A DNA stretch of 64,000 nucleotides from Lytechinus pictus (lineage: Eukaryota): NCBI RefSeq assembly GCF_037042905.1, contig NC_087250.1, positions 16,432,001 through 16,496,000 on the forward strand. Direction: 5' to 3'. The position numbers and the translations under genes were made by a program. This document shows positions 25,201-36,383 of the stretch, one piece after another. The notes beneath the pieces were generated by a model. The model did no database searches. It was not told where the DNA came from and saw only the letters and a program-made list of their open reading frames with translations. Numbering within the stretch: position 1 is the first letter of the stretch; each line of letters begins with the position of its first letter.

Positions 25201-26593
25201 GTAAGCAAACATCAACAGCAATCCGGCACACCGAAAGCAGATTTTTATTTTTGAGAAACAAAAATGAATAAGTGATTTGATAAATAAAAACGAATCACAG
25301 TTAAACATAGTTAGCGTAGACTGTGTAGATTAGTAAACCCTTTCCCGGCTTGCAACGTTTACTAACGTAATCACGTTAAAACCATCCCCTTAATCTACAA
25401 ATGTTGGGTTATACGACCCAACAATTCGCTGTAAGCAAAATACGATTTATTTATTGCAAATCTTTATCAAGAGTAGCCTCTTCAGCTTTATAGAAAAAAC
25501 ATTTTAAATTACACAGTATATGTAACTAAAATGTTCAATAAAATCGCTTGCCTTCATCAGGGGACTCCATTATCATCTACTTTACATATCTACTTAATTA
25601 TCACGTAATGTTAATAAAATAAATGTATAATTATTGTCATTGAGAACGGACTAACACCATCGCACGTCTACGGCAGAAAGCCTGGCACATAAATCGAATC
25701 TGAAAACCATAAAGTTTCCATATGGAACACCGCTGGAATTTTTCTCGTTTTACGAAACGCAAAAACAACTGGCAGGTTACGATCGGAGATTAAACTGCTT
25801 CATATGTTACTACTTTGCGAATAAAGGTTGAGACTTGTGTTGTTGCATACTGTACATATACATTCTGATCTTTGTGCGATTGCATTATTGGTGTGTGACG
25901 TCATGTTAATTGATACTAAAGAGCGCTCACAATAGAAAAATATAATCTTGAAAAACTCTTTAGTAAAAGGCGTAATGACTCCAGACACGTACGTTCAAAA
26001 CTGATATACTTTTTGCATTTACCGGCGTGCAAAATAACAAAAGTTTAGACCCTACACGTCGTAGATCAGAGGACGCGCTTTTATCAAAGTGTGATATAGT
26101 CAGTTCCTAAATACATATTCGCTGGATTTTGGGGAGAAATCTAAATTATATATTTTTGTAAAGGTTAATGTATAAGGAATTAGAATAACAATGTTTCCAT
26201 TTGCACCGATACCTATATGGCCGCCATCTTGGATTTTGACAAAATGACCGCCAAAAAGGTTTTTTTCGACAATATCTCCGCTTCTAAGTAACCTACAAAG
26301 AATCATCATTTTGGCACCTAAACCACTGTGACAGTTCTGAGGTCAAGGAATGTATTGGTGTATCCAGACTCGGCTGAATTAACGTCCAAATTAAGCGTTG
26401 CAAATTAAGCGACCTGAATGATTTTGACACCTAAACCACCATTTTTGAAGTCAAAGAATTTATTAGTATCCCAATAATTAACTTTATCTGTTTGATCATT
26501 CGTAACTCTTTGTATAACGGGGCACTGAATTGACCACCCTGACTATTCACCTAAAAATTATATGTGATTTCAAATATTTTTGCCGTTTTACAG

Positions 26594-26908
26594 GAAGCTT
26601 TGAAATGGCACTTCTAAAGCAACTTCAGCCCTACTTCCCTTCAATGCACCACACCGTGGTGGAGCCGTGTGAGGAATTCATTTCTCACTACAAACTTCAC
26701 TCCGTCCTTGAGAATGTACAGTATGACTGGCAGCCCAAGACATTCCAGCAATACATGCACGACCATGAGTGCACTTCCAATGGTAGAAAATTCGACTTCA
26801 TCAGTGCTGTCAATTCTCTTTACTACACTGGCAATGTGAAAGAGACCATTCGCTTCCTCATTGATCAACTAACTGAATCGGGCTATCTTTTGGTAGTTGT
26901 CCGTTCAG
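26594..26908 (+). CDS. HNMT-like: Histamine N-methyltransferase-like protein, coding exon 2
   Basis: Acceptor ttttacag| in phase 1 completes SAM motif I GMGSGTG; VVEP, LENVQYDW and KFDFISAVNSLYY match HNMT; donor G|gtaag phase 1. Confidence 0.9.
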
Positions 26909-28364
26909 GTAAGAACCTTCTATCAGCCCCATCTCACCTTTGACGATTCTCCATCTCTCTAATGTATTTTTCCATTTTATACGGGCATCTTTAAAATTGG
27001 CGGTACACTATTGTTCTAACTTCTAACAGTTTTCCTTTCTGGGGCACTATTAATCAGAAAATGCAATATGTGTGTTTCCATTTGTGTTGTTGCATTTACA
27101 GTGGCGAACCTAGGATTTTCCACAGGGGGGGGGGGGGGGGGGCAAAACCGTCTGCCAAAAATTTGACAAGCCAAAATAAAAAATTCAAGATCGTCAGGAG
27201 GCAATAAAGGTCTTTAAGCTCGTCAGAGGGGGCAAAAAAGGTTTTTCAAGCTCGTCAAGGGGGGCAGGGATACGTCCTTTATATAGATTCTGTATATTCC
27301 CAGGTAAAATGTTGGCTGAACGTTGGAAACTTGGAATTCGTTGACCGTTGCAGGAGCGGATCCAAAAAGGGGGGGGGGGGGAGGGGGGGAGGGGGGGGGG
27401 GTTGCAGATCGCTGTAAAGGAGGTACTATAACCCATGTTTAATTTACGGCCTCGTAACGGCCGGTCCGATCCCCACAGATCCACTAACAGTGGCACCGCA
27501 TTCTTTTGGTTCACAAGGCAAACCGCGCTACCGCAACTGCGCGCGTATAAATACATTCTCCTAGCTCCATCAACGGCCGATTAGCTCTGCATCGGACAAT
27601 GTAGGAGGATTATCATATGCGCACAAGGAAGCCGTAAAACAATATAAGAAAACGAAATGCTTAAAGTGTCCGGTTTTCAGGTGTTAATATCAACGGATTT
27701 CGAGCTCTCATAATAGGAAAATATAACCAATGAGTCATCCTTTTAGTGATTTACGAAACAAGAATAGTGAGTCCCATTTTTAGGTCTGAATCTCATTTTG
27801 TTTGCTCGCATGCAATATTTAGTTATATACGAGCCCTGTTTATGATTACAAAGGTGCTTAGAATCTGGCGCTCGCATTATAATAATTTTGATTGTTGATA
27901 TATGTGGTTTTCACGGGTAACTGCAAACACTGTCCTTAAGGTCTATTTTCTATCAGACCAGAACGTATATCAAAAACGTAAATGATATTTTTATTTTATC
28001 CGTTATGATGATATGATCAATTATTACATTTTACAAAATGCTGCAGGGGTGACTGGCCTCCACAGATGACAGGAAAATTCATGGCAGATTTTGAGTTCAT
28101 GTATCTTGGTAAAACATGAATTATATAAATGGAATGAATAACATTTACAATATAATTCTAAGAATCTGTCGAAATCATGTGTTTAATTAAGACAGACAGC
28201 GTCACCAACAATAACAAACATTCGTACGAAATTGATAAAAATAGGTATTCTGTCGTAGACGGGTTTCCTTATGACACTATTTTTATGACACACACGTTTC
28301 GTGGCTCAAGTCACTTCCATATTTAACTTGTTATTTGCATTGCTCCAATTTGATACTAAAACAG

Positions 28365-28747
28365 AAAAGGGATCTGGTTTTCGGATCATCGTTAATTTTC
28401 CTGAGCTGCACCCAGCCTTCAAGCCAAGTTATTTCATCTCTTCGAAGACAGTATCTGAGGCAATTGCTGAATTGGGAATGACGGCCAAAGTGAATAGCCT
28501 GCGGACCAATGTAGACTTATCAGGTGTGTTCGACGATGATGATGCTGAAGGTGATGATCTGTTGGACCTATTTACGGGGGTAATGAATTTCCGAAGAACA
28601 GCCCCAGAAACCCTGGTTGAACGTGTTCTTAACTTCCTTAGACAAGAAAGTATCCCGGATTCTGAATCTGGCAAAATAAATTATATGAACCATTCTGTGT
28701 GTGTAGACTGGGACGCTATTTTAGTTGAGAAATTACACAAGCAATAG
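28365..28747 (+). CDS. HNMT-like: Histamine N-methyltransferase-like protein, coding exon 3 (total 909 nt, 302 aa)
   Basis: Acceptor acag| in phase 1 (weak pyrimidine tract); VDLSGVFDDDDAEGDDLLDLFTGVMNFRRTAP resembles the HNMT C-terminal region; TAG stop. Confidence 0.85.
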
Positions 28748-28769
28748 TGACGACCTAATGTTATTGTGA

Positions 28770-30750
28770 ATTGAATTACTAGCTCATTATATTAGGAGAA
28801 CTGTTAATATTAAAGGGATGTGATCTGGGAAACGGGAAATAAAACAAGTTCTGTATGCAGATGACATTACACTGTTTTTTTTTTTAGATGAATTCGATCC
28901 ATAAAGTAAAGAAAATATTCTCAGATTTTGAAAATTGAAGTGGATTGAAGATTAATATGGATAAAACAAATTTCTTATGGTTGGGAGAAGAAAGAGATAG
29001 ACCTGGTTTACCACTTCCAGGAAATTGGTTACAGCATATTAAGATCTTAGGAGTATATTTCGCACGAGATTGTAAAGTCAAAGGTGACTTGAACTATAAG
29101 GAAATCTTAAGTAAAATTAAAAGACTTATTGGTTGGTGGAAGCAAAGAGATCTTACGATGTATGGTTGAATAAAACTTTTGAAAATGTATGCATTTTCCA
29201 AATTAAATTATGTTTCTTCCCTGATGACAGTCCCAAAAGACGGTTTTAAGGAAGTAGAATTTTTTGGAAAATTTTGTTTGGAGAGGAAGAAAATAAAACG
29301 CAAGGTTCCATATCAAGACTATTCTGTTGGCGGACTGAGAGCTCCAAATTTTGAGGTCTTTGTTAAGACCCAACGAATAATGTCGATTAAACGTTTGCTA
29401 GACGGAGGGAAAAGTTCGGGTTGGAAAGCAACCTTCGAATATCTTTTAGCTCTTTAGGTGGTCGAATCATATTTCTGTGTGATTATGATACGAGTAAAAT
29501 GAATTTGAATGGTATACCATTATTTTACATAGATATGCTGAAGGCATGGAACGAATTGGATAAGTGTAGACATTTTGGAGGGAAAAGTAATCCCATTATT
29601 TTCAATAACAAGCGTATATGCCTCAATAATAAGAACCTTTTTGATATTTAATTATTTCAAAAAGGTATAATTAAGGTCTCGGATATAATAGTTGGAGGTC
29701 AATTAAGATCAGATTCATACTGGTATAATCTGAAATTTTCATCTGAAACTTGCTCAAAATTCAAAATTTATTTTCAGTAATAACAGAAGAGTGGATACAA
29801 GGTGAACAAACAACTTTGAAATGCAATTGATGATATGTGGGCATATTCAGAAATTATGTGATATAAAATCTAGACGAATATATGACCACTTCATTGAAAG
29901 TTTTCAAATTGATTTCGTATTTCATGTTACAGATGGGCAATCCAAATATGATCTGGGAATGGGGGAACTGAAATAAGTATTTCTGAGACTGAAATGTGCA
30001 ATGCTATGCAATAAACACAGAAAATTTCAATACAAACAATTACAAGGGGCTGTGTACACAACAATGCAAAAGCAATTTTGTGTCTCGCCCACTTATGAAA
30101 ATAACCAGAAATATCGTGATTCGCGAGGGCACGCAAGATAATTATATTGAAACTTCATTGTAAAATGACTGGGATGGAATAATACTTGTCATAAGAGCCT
30201 TGCACGTAAACTTTAATGTTTGACCTGAAAATGACATTACCATGTGACCTCCGACTGCAGCATAACATGCAGGCCCCCCAAGTCCACCTACCATCCAAGT
30301 TTGGTTGAAAATGGACTTAAGGTTGTGGAGTTATGTGTCATTACAGGTTTGTGACGGACGGACGACGGACGACATTTGGATCCCTAAGTCTCGCCTTCAC
30401 CTCTGGTGGGCGAGACAAAAAGGGAACTTTTTGAATTTGGTTTTGAGACAGATGATTTGTGTTCCTTTTGTAAAAAAGAAGTTGAGTCTTACCTACATTT
30501 ATTTTTTATTGTCTTGAAGTTAAGCGATTAAGGGAAGAGATGAGTAAAATATTTAAACTGAATGAACTTGGCAGTGACAGCTGGAAAACAATTTTCATGG
30601 GGATATCTGGAAATACTACAAGAGTAACTTTAATAAACTGTATTATATTCTTAATTGAGTATATTATTTTTAGTTCAAGAAAACAGGGAATATTGTGTGA
30701 GTGTCTGGGGAGAGAGATGAGGGGGAGGGGGTAAGATGAGTGTGTAGGGA
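28770..30750 (+). mobile_element. Decayed L1/Tx1-type LINE ORF2 3' portion, interrupted at ~29935-30421
   Basis: IKQVLYADDITLF, GLKINMDKT, WKQRDLT, GGL motifs; same family as 62113-64000. Confidence 0.85.
30059..30421 (+). mobile_element. Helentron-associated (HINE/DINE-1-like) non-autonomous element
   Basis: 5' gtctcgccc subterminal IR, tgacct motifs, (GGAC)n microsatellite, 3' hairpin gtctcgcc...ggcgagac followed by an A-run. Confidence 0.6.
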
Positions 30751-30847
30751 CGTTTTAGGATAATAGCCTTCCTCTAATTAACCTTTAAAATAATATTTTA
30801 TCCTTTTTTTATAATTGTACAATTAATATGTGCATATAAATGAAATT

Positions 30848-31276
30848 ATATGACACCTAGATAGATCCTTGTGATTTGATTGGTTGTTTGATATCGTTCA
30901 TTCAGCCCATTTTGCAATGACGTCATCAACCGTGCAAATTTGAGTCCATTCATCGAGCAATTATGGATCAATACGATTTTGTCCATTGCACTCGCTCACT
31001 GAGACGCTGCAGCTCATGCACCAGCAGTGCGCATGTTGTAATGACGTAGCAATCAATAGACTGAACTCGCACTGCATGAGCATGTTTTGCATCGAAATTC
31101 ATGAATTTCACGTGAAAAAAACCCAAAAAAAATTAGGTGTCATATAAACCAAATAATGATTTTTTTTTTCATTTGTGCAATAGACAGAATAATTCATTCG
31201 GTGAAAGATGAAATAATGATCCATTCAACTCGGCTACGCCTCGTTGAACGGATCATTTCATCTTTCACCTCATGAA
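30848..31276. mobile_element. Non-autonomous element with internal IR and long terminal hairpin (tentatively Crypton- or Helitron-derived)
   Basis: tatatgacaccta / taggtgtcatata IR; ~28-bp stem at 31200-31269 around ctcggctacgcctcg; related layout at ~19930-20310. Confidence 0.45.
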
Positions 31277-33259
31277 GTTTGAAATGTAAACATGAACGAT
31301 CAGACTTTTTTCTTTCTAGATTTGCAGTTTTTGTTTCTCAAATCATTAGAAAAATTGCGATTTTCACGAAGGAAAAATGTTGTGTCATTTTGTCAAAGCT
31401 TCGTTTTTCCCGAATCAATAGACGCTGTGTACAACAATGCGTAAGAGCGAACAGCACGCGCGGAAAACCAGGGTTCGATCAGTACTACATTGTCGTCTGC
31501 TCTCCTTGCTTTTGTTGATCTCGCTACTCATGAATCAGGGAAGTGGGGGGAGGGGGATTACCTCCCACTTCCCTGGATGAATGGTCTCTTTACGATCTAG
31601 TATAGAGGCCATTTATAAAGATTATAAATATGCCGGTACCTAATCTGTTTGGAGTAAAATCACAGCAGTGAAGTGGAAAGTGCTTTTATTTCCCAGAAAA
31701 AGAAAACAATTTCCCTTACCGGCACGATTGATTGATTGATAACGAATTTATTTCATTCCAAAATTTCAACAAGGTTACAAAGTTAAGCAAAATATAATAT
31801 AATATAATACATGATGATTGATTGATTGAAATCATTTTTCTTCATTTCAAACAAACTGACAAAGTAGGAACGAAACATAATATGAATAATAGAAATGAAA
31901 ATGAAAATTATGATCTCACTCGTGACAATTTTGTTAGCCTGGGGCTTCGTTATGTCAATATGGAGGCCTCATTATTGCTTTGTCACTAAAAATCGCGCTT
32001 TGTATAATCTTTTTATACGTTTTATTTCTCTTTTTACTCGTTTTTTCCACAGTTGTGATGATAAAATAATTTTGTTCATGAAGATTGTGTACCAGTATTT
32101 TATTTGTTTTCCTGTTGTTATTTCAAAAAGTAGAACGAGTTAAATTGGCTCAATTAGTGACACAGAAATCATCAAAAAACCCTCTTGTTCCTTGCCTCTT
32201 TCTATAGCTTCTTTCTTTTACATCTCTTTCCCCTTCAAAAGAGCCAGGCGAGTGATTACTATTTTTCACAATGATTAGTTTTTTTTCTCGGATGTATGTA
32301 GTTTTAGCATCCGCAATCAAAAGTATTTCGAGGTGTTCTTTCATTTTGTTCTATTAGTGCTTCTGATTTTTCCGTTGTTTTCACGACCAAGGCAAATAAT
32401 AATGAAAAAGAATCACTTTGATATACCCAATGGTTTGAATATTTGTATTCATTTTATATCTATATTTTTAATCGTTCAAAGTACATGAATTAAATGTTGC
32501 GGGGGGAAGCGGGGCCTGCGTAAGTCCTCCACCCCCCACCCTGCAAACATGTACAACATATACAAAAACGCGATTGATTTGTGACTTTTTACCCTTTCAC
32601 CCTCCCCTCCCACATTCGGATCAACACCTCCAAATGCTTTGCTGTGTAAAATTACGTCCAAATATAATTATATTTAGAGCAGGCCTTAACGTAGAAAAAA
32701 CAAATGGTCGACAATTTTTTTTTCATATGAGTCTTGTTTTACGGTGCTATTCGACAATAAAGAAATAATAATAAATCGGGGGAAAATAGGGACGTTCAGA
32801 ATATTTCTTTTGTGGGGGCGTCAAAAATGGAAGGAAAAAAAAGTCGGCAGGTTTGACGAGAGTTTGTTGTGGCAAACAGAGGGGTGTATTTGATTTCTTT
32901 ATTTTTATTTTTATTTTTTGGCCTAATGATAATTTTCTTTTTTTATTTCATCTGTTTCTACTGCTTATCTTTTGGTCCATTCTTATCTGGGAGAGGAAGA
33001 GAGTAAAGTGGGAAAAATTACATTTTTTTAAACGTAAGCTATGATCAATGTATTATGTACAACGTCATGAAAAACCAATGGGGTGGAACACTAGTAATTT
33101 AATAAAAAGATAATGTCATACAAATCATATTCTACAAATCAAGTTCAATATCTTATTTCAAATAATCAGAACTTTGTTAAATCTTAACCATTTTAAGTAA
33201 TTGAGGCATCAAATTAAAGAGTAGATATTGAACTTTTTTAATGTGGTTTTTTTCATATG

Positions 33260-35383
33260 CATTTATTTTGTTCATATATTGAAAATAACATTTACAAACA
33301 TATTGGAATATACAAGAAGTAGAAATAATTCATCAAACGAGGAGACAGCTTAGAAGGCAGATAAGCCTTATTGGTGCTGCCACCAATAGAACAAAATACA
33401 AATTTGTACCAAAAAACTTACAATATACAACACCTAAAATACCTAAATACGTAACATAAACAAAGTAACGATAAAGCCTGTAATACAGTAAATGAATTAA
33501 GTAGTGTAATTTTCAATTAAATATGATTTTAGTCTCCTTTTGAAAACAGAAAGGGAAGGGCTATATTTTATATGTAAAGGAAGGTTATTCCAAATGATTG
33601 GACCTTTGAAAAAAATAATTTTTTAGCAACATTGGTTCTCGTCAATGGTAAATGAAAATGAGAGGAACTGCGTGTATTATATGAATGACAATCGTCATTA
33701 AAAGCAAATTTATCAGAAAGACTTGGAGGAACAATCTTTTTATAACAGAGGTACATGAAAATAGCCAAGTTGAAGTAGCATAGATCAATTACATTTAAAA
33801 CCTTTAAGTGAAAAAATAATGGTCTGGTGTGAACAAGGTAACTGGAATGAGAAATAACTCTAATAGCTTTTTTTTGTAAACGTAATAATTTGGATATTGA
33901 ATAATTAGTAGAAGAACCCCAGACAATATTGCAGTATTGGAGGTAAGGTGATATTAAGGCGTTATAAATCATTAATAATATTGTCGGAGGGTGTACAATA
34001 TACCGATGTTTCTAGACATTTTGGTATAAATGTTGTCAATATGATTATTCCATGCTAATTTACTATCGATTATTACACCTAAGAATTTCAGTGACGTAGA
34101 TCTTACAATTGGGGTGTTATCTAATAAAACATTAATTATGTCATAATTGATTACCTTGTTTGTAAAAATCATGTAATGCGTTTTATTCATATTCAAAATA
34201 AGCTTATTAACAATCAACCAAGAGTTCAGTTTCATGAGCTCATTATTGAAAGTAAGAATCAGATTGTCTATATTATCATCTGAAAGAAAAACACTAGTAT
34301 CGTCTGCAAACAAAATAAATTGCAATTTGTTAGAAGCTTGACATATATCATTGATGTAAATAAGAACTAATAGGGGACCAAGAATTGAACCTTGTGGTAT
34401 TCCACATGTTGTAATATTAGAAACTGATACTTGATTATTGACAATAACATATTGATTTCTATTAGTGAGATAACTTTCATATAAATCTAAGAGCAAACCA
34501 CGAATCCCGTAATATTGTAATTTAGTTAATAAAATAGAATGACCTAATGTGTCAAATGCCTTGCTTAAGTCAAGAAACAAACCAATTAAATTACTTTTGT
34601 TGTCGAGGGTTTTACTAACTTTGAACGTGAAATCAATTAATGCAGAAGATGTAGAGTATCGAGATCGAAAGCCATGCTGACAATTAAAAAGAAGACCCCA
34701 TGGAAGACCAGAGTAATTTATGTCAATAACTCTGAAATGGGCTATCCTTTCGATTATTGTATTCTATCTATTCATTTGCAATTCATTTTGTTTAATCCCA
34801 TTAATGCCATTTATGTCATGTATTTATGTAATATATATTTCATGTTTTTTTTTAATAATCGAATAATAACAAAATTAAAAAAAAGATTATGATGCTCAAA
34901 ATATTTTAAAAGACGATTATAAAGACACTTTTCATAAATCTTTGAGAAAACGGATAGGACAGATATAGGACGATAATTGCTCATATTATCACATAAACCA
35001 TTTTTAAAGACCGGTATAACTTTAGCTATTTATAGGTTATGAGGAAAAATACCTGAGAGAAGTGAGGCATTGTAAATAATACATAGCGGGTAACAAATTA
35101 TATGAATGGCACGTTTGACAATCGATATATCAATATCATCATAACCAGAACTAGAACGGTTTCGTAATTGATTTACAATTTTGATTATTTCATTAGGGGT
35201 AATTGGCAAGAAAAAGGCAATATTATCATTTCGATCTAGGTATCGTAAAAATGCATTTTTCGGAGAATCTAAATATTCATCATTTTGAGCCAAAGATGGA
35301 CCAAAATTTACAAAATAACTATTAAATTCATTAGCAATTTCAATGTCACTAGATATAAATCGATTATCAACTACAATTTGACT
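33260..35383 (-). mobile_element. 5'-truncated degenerate CR1/L2-group LINE (RT region)
   Basis: FLDLSKAFDT, GIPQGSILGP, FADDT, YCNIVWG, HSYNTR. Confidence 0.92.
34681..34889 (+). mobile_element. Short LINE 3'-UTR fragment inserted into the antisense LINE
   Basis: Removing it restores FEHQHGFR; tga duplicated at both sides; A-rich tail. Confidence 0.65.
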
Positions 35384-35498
35384 CAGATGGCGTCATGCTG
35401 AACGACGGCATCACGCAATTTGGAAGTGCTGAATAATTCGTTAAAATCCTACGAAATCCACGAAATGAACTGCAAATAATAACTGATTTTAACATGAA

Positions 35499-36383
35499 AT
35501 GAGTGGAAACAAGGAAAAGAACAAAAGAGGACCATATTTGTTACGATCTAACAAGTTCACGAGAGATTTGAACATGTCTAATAATCAAGTCACCACGGAA
35601 GAGGACCATGCATTGGAAGCTGGGAAGACACCAGACATGGTAACACGTGCAGATTTTCAAAAACTGTCTAACCAGATTCTACAACGTTTGGATACATTGG
35701 GCTCTCAGATGACTGCTATCAAGAAGGATATTTCACGAATGCATACAACACTTGCTGATCTACAGGTGGCAGCAGCAGATTCGGCTTCAAGAATAAGTGC
35801 AATTGAAAATCAGGAAATTCCGAAGCTAAGAAAGGAGAAAAATGCTATGGAAGCACAAATTAAGGATTCAATCCTTGCTCTGGAGCTACACGATCGCAAA
35901 CTCAACCTTCTGCTGTACGGAATAGAAAAGGAGAAAGATGAAGATATTGAAAGGAAAGTAAGAAGCAGCATACAGAAATTAGGTTTTACCCAGGAGGAAA
36001 CGAGTAAAATGAAGTTCGTAAACGCCCACAGGCTTCCAAGACGCCAGATTCAGGGGGAGCGCAGAGGTCCGGATCCAATCATCGTTCGATTTATGAGTAT
36101 GTTCGATCGCGATGCAGTATTGAAAATATATCAGCGAAGTCAGCTGAAGAAAAATCACCATGCTCAACCAAGTTCTGATAGTCCACGGCTTCGAGTTGTC
36201 ATAGATCTTCCATTACAATTGAAAAAGCGACGGTTTGAGTTGGAAAATCACGCCTATCAACATGATCAATTGAGGAAAAATGAAAATAAATCAACAAGGA
36301 TCCGTCTAAATGGAATCAAGCTAACCCTAGAGTGTCGAGTAAAGGGATCAACATCACCTTGGATAGCACTTGTAAACGCTTGA
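35499..36383 (+). CDS. LINE ORF1p-like protein (coiled coil + L1-type RRM), 294 aa, with no ORF2 downstream
   Basis: Heptad-rich N-half; RKLNLLLYGI, AHRL and PIIVRF motifs as in the ORF1 at 43215-44072. Confidence 0.85.
   Translation: MSGNKEKNKRGPYLLRSNKFTRDLNMSNNQVTTEEDHALEAGKTPDMVTRADFQKLSNQILQRLDTLGSQMTAIKKDISRMHTTLADLQVAAADSASRISAIENQEIPKLRKEKNAMEAQIKDSILALELHDRKLNLLLYGIEKEKDEDIERKVRSSIQKLGFTQEETSKMKFVNAHRLPRRQIQGERRGPDPIIVRFMSMFDRDAVLKIYQRSQLKKNHHAQPSSDSPRLRVVIDLPLQLKKRRFELENHAYQHDQLRKNENKSTRIRLNGIKLTLECRVKGSTSPWIALVNA

Noticed and set aside
26530..26593. ORF-track N-terminal extension of exon 2 (likewise 28301-28364 for exon 3)
   Set aside because: It lies upstream of a phase-compatible splice acceptor, so it is intronic.
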